Part shown: positions 58,331-64,000 of the stretch, one piece after another
How positions within the stretch are numbered: the stretch's first letter is position 1
Layout: every line of letters starts with the position of its first letter
Assembly (NCBI RefSeq): GCF_009914755.1
Contig: NC_060926.1
Length of the DNA stretch: 64,000 nt
Source of the DNA: the human T2T-CHM13v2.0 reference genome, Homo sapiens
Reading direction: 5' to 3' (one strand)
Notes under the pieces: model-generated
What the model was told of the DNA's origin: nothing
Databases searched by the model: none
What the model saw: the letters and a program-made list of their open reading frames with translations, nothing else
Translations under genes and position numbers: made by a program

Positions 58331-59289
58331 CATAAAGTGCTGACATTTGGACTGTGAGGTGGGCCTAGGAGGTAAAAATACAATGCCATGCGCCTGAGAA
58401 ATTCCTTCCAGTAGAATGCGAAAGGCACCACTCTAGACCAGACAAAGATGGATACTGACACCCGTAATTAAAGAGTTTCTGTTGAGTACATATGACTTCT
58501 TTTTGAAAATGGATGACGTAACTACTTCCAAGAAAAAAAATTAGTAGCTGAAACAAACTTCACCGAAGAGTTACCAAAAGGGATGATTCTAAAATTCTGA
58601 ATCGGGGATGGGTTAATGTAAATTTATATAGTTGTTCATTCTATAATTAAAAGAATAGATTTCTTTGTGGATATAGTTAACCCAGATGCTCATGTTAAGC
58701 AGACAAATAGGGCCTAAGGGGAGAAAAGATGGAGACAAGAAATCCAGGTTAAAGATTCAGAATAAGACCAAATAAAAAGAATTCTTATTTTAATCATTGA
58801 AAGTGTCAATAAGCACAAGGTCCCCTTTGACTGACTAAAAGATAAACCAAAATACAACATTATGCTCAGTGGAAGGTTATAAAAGGAGCCATGAATTAGA
58901 TGGGGATTTGAACAAAAGGGCCTTTAAATTCCCTTCCAACTCTCAGGTCTTGGTTAACTCTGAGCAAACCATTCTTTAACTGGAAAGTCAGAGAAATGTT
59001 TCACTGAAGTCCATAATTTCTGCTAACAAAACACCTGACAGTCTTGTTATTTTGCTAACCAAAGGAATTGGAGATTGTCATGCCACCAGGGTAGAAGGAA
59101 ATCCCTCCTAAATAACTGCATACCACATGAATGAAGCCTTAGATGTTATACCCCAAAGCTTTTCCTCATAGTCAGAAACCTGTTCCACCATGTAGGATCG
59201 GAGTGGACTCCCTCCCCCTACAAAAAAAAAAAAACAAAAACAAAAGCAGAAATCAAAAGAGAGAATGGCTCTCTCTGTTTATACCTTTA

Positions 59290-59520
59290 GGGCAGTGCTT
59301 AGTTAATCACTTGGACTCTTCTAGACAGACTTCTTTGGGTAAAAATCCCTGCTTCCCCATTTACTAGCTGGGTGACCTTGGGAAAGTTACTTAATCTGTA
59401 AAATGGGGATAGTAATTGTACCTGTCCATAGCCTATTGTGAGGATTAATATAAGTAAAGTGGTTAGCACAGGGCTGGCAATGGATAGTAACCACCCAGTG
59501 GATAGTAGAATGATCAATGA
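59290..59520 (+). mobile_element. MIR
   Basis: catttactagctgggtgaccttgggaaagttacttaatctgtaaaatggggatagtaat. Confidence 0.85.
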
Positions 59521-60249
59521 CTGTAGTTTAAAGTTTTAGTAAGTATTGCAGTGAAGGAGAATCATAAAGGTCAGGGCACCATGGGGTATTTCACACATTC
59601 TTGAGCATTTTGAAAAAGTCACATGACATAACCCAGGAAACTCCCAGGTATACTAGGGTAACATCTGGAAGGCAGTGATGGAGAGAGACTTTTCTGATTG
59701 CCACTTTTGAAGCAGTAAACCATGTTATTGATGGTACTACAAGCCTTTTGCTGAATCAGACATAATGTTGATCACCTTCTCCTTGCAAGGCATGATGTGA
59801 GGCACAGCACAAGGCTTAATTATATTCAGACCTTCCTGGAAGAAGCATGACATATGTAACCCTAATATGGAACTGTAACTACGCTAAGAAAATGCAATGG
59901 AATTTTGTTAAAAAAAAAAAAAAAAGAAGCTTCTTACTCCCACAAGACATTGTGATGATTAAACTGGCTCTTTAGGCATAAGAGAGAAGGCTGTTCATCA
60001 AAAATCAATTTAAAAGTAAAAAACAGCAATGGTAAAACAGCCTTTGGGAGGGCAGCTTCTCTCTGATCCACTCTGACCTCCTGCACCACTTTGGTCAGAG
60101 GGCTAATTTGTCCCTCTCGCTCATGGCAAATGGGAGTGAAATGATGGTGGTTGAATGTATAGTTAGCTTATTTCAAATCTGAGTCAGATCTGTTTCTCAT
60201 TAGCTCCCGGAGGCTAAGATATGGATAAACTCAAAACAAGTCCTGATTT

Positions 60250-60432
60250 TGCTGGGCATGGTGGCTTATGCCTGTAATCCCAACTACTCAGGAGGCTGAG
60301 GTGGGAAGATTGCTTGAGCCTGGGAGGTCAAGTCTGCAGTAAGCTATGATTGTACCACTGCACTTCAGCCTGGGCAACAGAGCAAGACCCTGTCTCAAAA
60401 AAACAAAAGAAAGAAAAAAGAAAAAGAAAAAA
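60250..60432 (+). mobile_element. FRAM/FAM-like Alu monomer
   Basis: Single right-arm-type monomer with A-rich tail; flanks aaaacaagtcc / aaaacaagccc. Confidence 0.8.
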
Positions 60433-61261
60433 CAAGCCCAAACCCCAAGTCTTAGTTCACGTCAAGTCCTAGAAGCTAAGAAAATTTCAGGATTCCTTCA
60501 GGATACCACCTTGCCCAGGTGAATCAGGACTACTTGTGACCTAAGAATCCAGGTGGAACCCCAGAAACAAGGGTTCTGACCCCCAATCTACCATCAACTA
60601 GCTCTGTAATTGGTAGGGGGCCATGGAGTCGGGATTTTCCTCATCTAGTCTCAAGAATGTGTCTCCTCAAACTACAGCAAGGGCAGGGCCTGGCACCCAG
60701 TGGGAAGCTGAGTATGTGCTTAGGGAGGGCATCAGGGGCTCATACACTAAACTAGCATTTGCTATTTTAAAGCAAGAATCAAAATATTCATCCAGGAGAA
60801 AATCAGAATCCTATTAGATTTTTAATAACCTATTTTGCAATGTACTATTATTTTATTTTTGATTCTATGGCAGGAGTAGGAAAAAGGGTACATCATGACC
60901 TTCTTAGAGACCAGGGTCTCTTGAAATCATCACCCAGCCTACGAGTCACTGGCTGAGGTCACCTGACAGTGAGTCACTGGCAGCTAGTTTGTAGGGAAGA
61001 AGAAGAGAAGTGAATGTCAGAGAAGGTGAAGTTTGTGCAGACCTTCTCTCTACATCCCCTCTTGCCATCCATCTATTTTGCTTATTGCTAGGTACCTAGG
61101 GTCTTCTACCACCCAGAAACCTGAGTCAGAAATTCATGCAGCAACTTCTCGCTGACTGGCTGGCTTTCTCTTCCCCATGTGGGCATTTTCTTGGTGCAAT
61201 GTATCTCAGAAGGACAGTCAAAAGAATATCTCATAAGATGAGGGACAGACTGACTGGCTGT

Positions 61262-61412
61262 TTACTGGAACATACCTACAGATCACCTGAGAATCTTGTT
61301 CAAATGCAGATTTGAACTCAGAATGTCTAGGATGGGGTCTAAGGTGCTATGTTCTGCCAAGCTCCAAGATGATGCTATTTCTGGTCCTCAGGCCACACTT
61401 TAAGTAAGGAGG
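61262..61412. mobile_element. MER5-family MITE
   Basis: gatcacctgagaatcttgttcaaatgcagatt...caagctcc...ccacactttaagtaag. Confidence 0.7.
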
Positions 61413-62473
61413 CACTAGAACCCTTTCTAGCTCTGACTGCCCAAGCCTGTGAGCTCACCCCAGAACGATCTCAGCCAGAAGTTCCCAGATCAATAGTCTC
61501 AGGGATTATTCCTGCAGGCCCTTGCTTTCTGAGCCATCCCAATACACCAGTCCAGCCTTCCACCTGGCAAAAACAGTGATGCTCAGATGCAAAAGTACTC
61601 CAGGTAGCAGGGGGACACCTCAGCTCCAGGTAGGGAATTATTGCTGAGGAAGCTTACAAACACACCAGAATTACTACAGCGGGTCTTCAATAGCTCCAGT
61701 TATCCTCCCCAGGGGAGTCCTCAGGACAGGACAACAAGTCTAGGAGAAACCCCCTAAAATCATTTGCATTCACAGCACAGGAAACACAAAGGCATTAGGA
61801 TGCGCTCTGCAGTCCTTGGTGGCAGGTGGCAGAGTTAATCACCTCTAAGCGAATCCAATGCTGTTGATGGCAGTGATTTAACCTCCCTTCAGCATCACTC
61901 TGACCTCATATGTGAGGATAAAAGACTGAAAACACTCTCAAACAAATAAAGAATGCCTATGTGGTTGGACCAGGCTCCAAGGAAGGGTCATGGTCACAGA
62001 CTAAATTTCGGTTCAAATGCTAAATTTGGAGAAGATGACTTCCCAACAGAGCAGGAGGTGGAGTTCTGTGTGCATTCCTAGATGGTTCAGGTTGGCCGCC
62101 ATCATGCGTGGGTGCAGGCATCGTGTGTGTATGTGTGTGTACATACATACACGTGCATGCATGTGTGCAAGTGTGTGTGCAGCAGGAGTGAGGTGGGGAG
62201 GAAGTATTGAGCACACTGATGCTTTTTCTGTGCAGTGGCTGCTATCTGCTTCGCACCCTCATTCCTATGGCAGCTGAAAGTTTCCTATGGCCTAGAAAAG
62301 GTAACACTACAACTCTGTCCATCAAAAATTGAACAAACCTGAATAGGAAATAGGATCCACTCTTATAAGGAAAGGGGAGGGGCTGTATTACAATGTCTGT
62401 GCCTGCTGAACCCCCCGTGCGTCCTGCCACGGGTTTTCCTGTCTGAGAGAAAATGGAATAAAGAAAACCTTAA

Positions 62474-62805
<332 letters not shown>

Positions 62806-64000
62806 TTACTAGGCCTCTAGGAAGGGTTAAGTCGAAATAATTTGCTCCTGGTGTATCAGACAGCCCTATTTGGAAGCGCTCTGTGCTCCAAGAGCCTCTA
62901 GCACCCCACCTGGGGCCTGGGCTGAGTGGGCTAAACTGCTGTTATGGTGGGCACAGGCTGGCTTCTCCAAGGACACCCTTCATGCTTCCTTGGTTATAAT
63001 GAACAGACACAGATAAAAAGGTGTGCACTTTCAAATACCTCGAGGGGGCTTTAGAAAAGTAGCTTCATTTGGGGATTAAATGGGGTCTCCTGAGTCCGAA
63101 TTCAAGCCAAGGCTCTCTCTTCACCAGCAATACGGACTCCTGAATAGAGTCTGCATCATTCTCTCTGCAGAATGCTCGGTGGATGTTTAGAGAAGTCACC
63201 TGACATCAAATTCTGCAAAAGAAGCTCCCCAAGGAAGCCAGTCTTTGGTTCTGCAGATAATATATCATGTGCTAAATCACTCAGGGAAATGTCACACAGT
63301 TGTTAGAATAAAGAAGGTTTAATTGCCAAATATTGGGCTTTAAAAACCAATCAAGTATAGAAGGTAACTTTAATTAGAGAGAAGAATCAGATAAACAGAG
63401 TGTAAAAAGCTCAGTGCTTGAACCGCCTATATCTCATTGTGCCTTCATTCTCCAAGGACATCGAGTAAAAACAGAGATTAGACCTCTGCTAGCCACTTTG
63501 GGACAATTATAGGCAAAGGGAACAAACGTATTACTTCACTGACACCAGGAAACTGTCTTACATTTATGGGGCTTTGGGACAAGATTCCTTGATCTTGGGA
63601 ATGCTGAGAACCAAATAACCAGCATCATTGTGGACCAAGCATCCCAGCCCCAAACACAGTGAGTATTGACTCTGGATCTCTACAGGTGCTCTCAAAAACG
63701 CAGACTGAAGATTATCAATCGACCTGCAGTCAATAGTGTCTACACACTGCATTCATCTTGAAAACAAAATTTTTGAGGGCCATTTTCAACTCAGGCTCTT
63801 CAGCAACCCTCAGGGTCTTGGTGCCTGCCTCATCTTCCGAGCACAGAGCCCTCCTGTCCATGGACCTGAGATTGCCAGGGGACAGAATGCTCACTTCCCT
63901 ATTTTGTCTCTAAGGGAGCCCATTTCCGGAAAGTGTGAAGGTGATAAATTCACCCAAGTGAGCTCATTGCCAAGCCCTGAAGACCCTCACCCACTGGAGC

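Noticed and set aside
63664-63735. Inverted repeat tattgact...agtcaata as a possible pre-miRNA
   Set aside because: Only an 8-bp stem; the interior does not pair.
63850-63871. REST/RE1-like sequence ctgtccatggacctga
   Set aside because: Mismatches in the GGTGCTGA half and in the flank.

Overview
Human genomic DNA from the ALK (anaplastic lymphoma kinase, 2p23) locus, with the gene on the minus strand. The only protein-coding sequence I can support is ALK exon 2 (1237-1356, 120 nt, canonical AG/GT, phase 1-1). Positions 1-1236 are the start of intron 2 and 1357-64000 are the 3' part of the very large intron 1. The rest is typical intronic DNA: about 18 Alu-family copies (including a young AluYg6), many MIR and L2 relics, old L1M/HAL1 pieces, a fragmented L3/CR1, MaLR LTRs, Tigger and hAT MITEs, and microsatellites. 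All other ORFs in the track look spurious. I found no CRISPR array, RNA gene or clearly new biological system. The best leads are regulatory or splicing hypotheses: a (GGAA)18+5 microsatellite of the EWSR1-FLI1 enhancer type, a probably human-specific AluYg6, a symmetric SOX/TGACCT motif module at about 46 kb, and a U27-driven candidate poison micro-exon at 8.8 kb. Repeat subfamily names come from remembered consensus sequences, and boundaries of old repeats are approximate.
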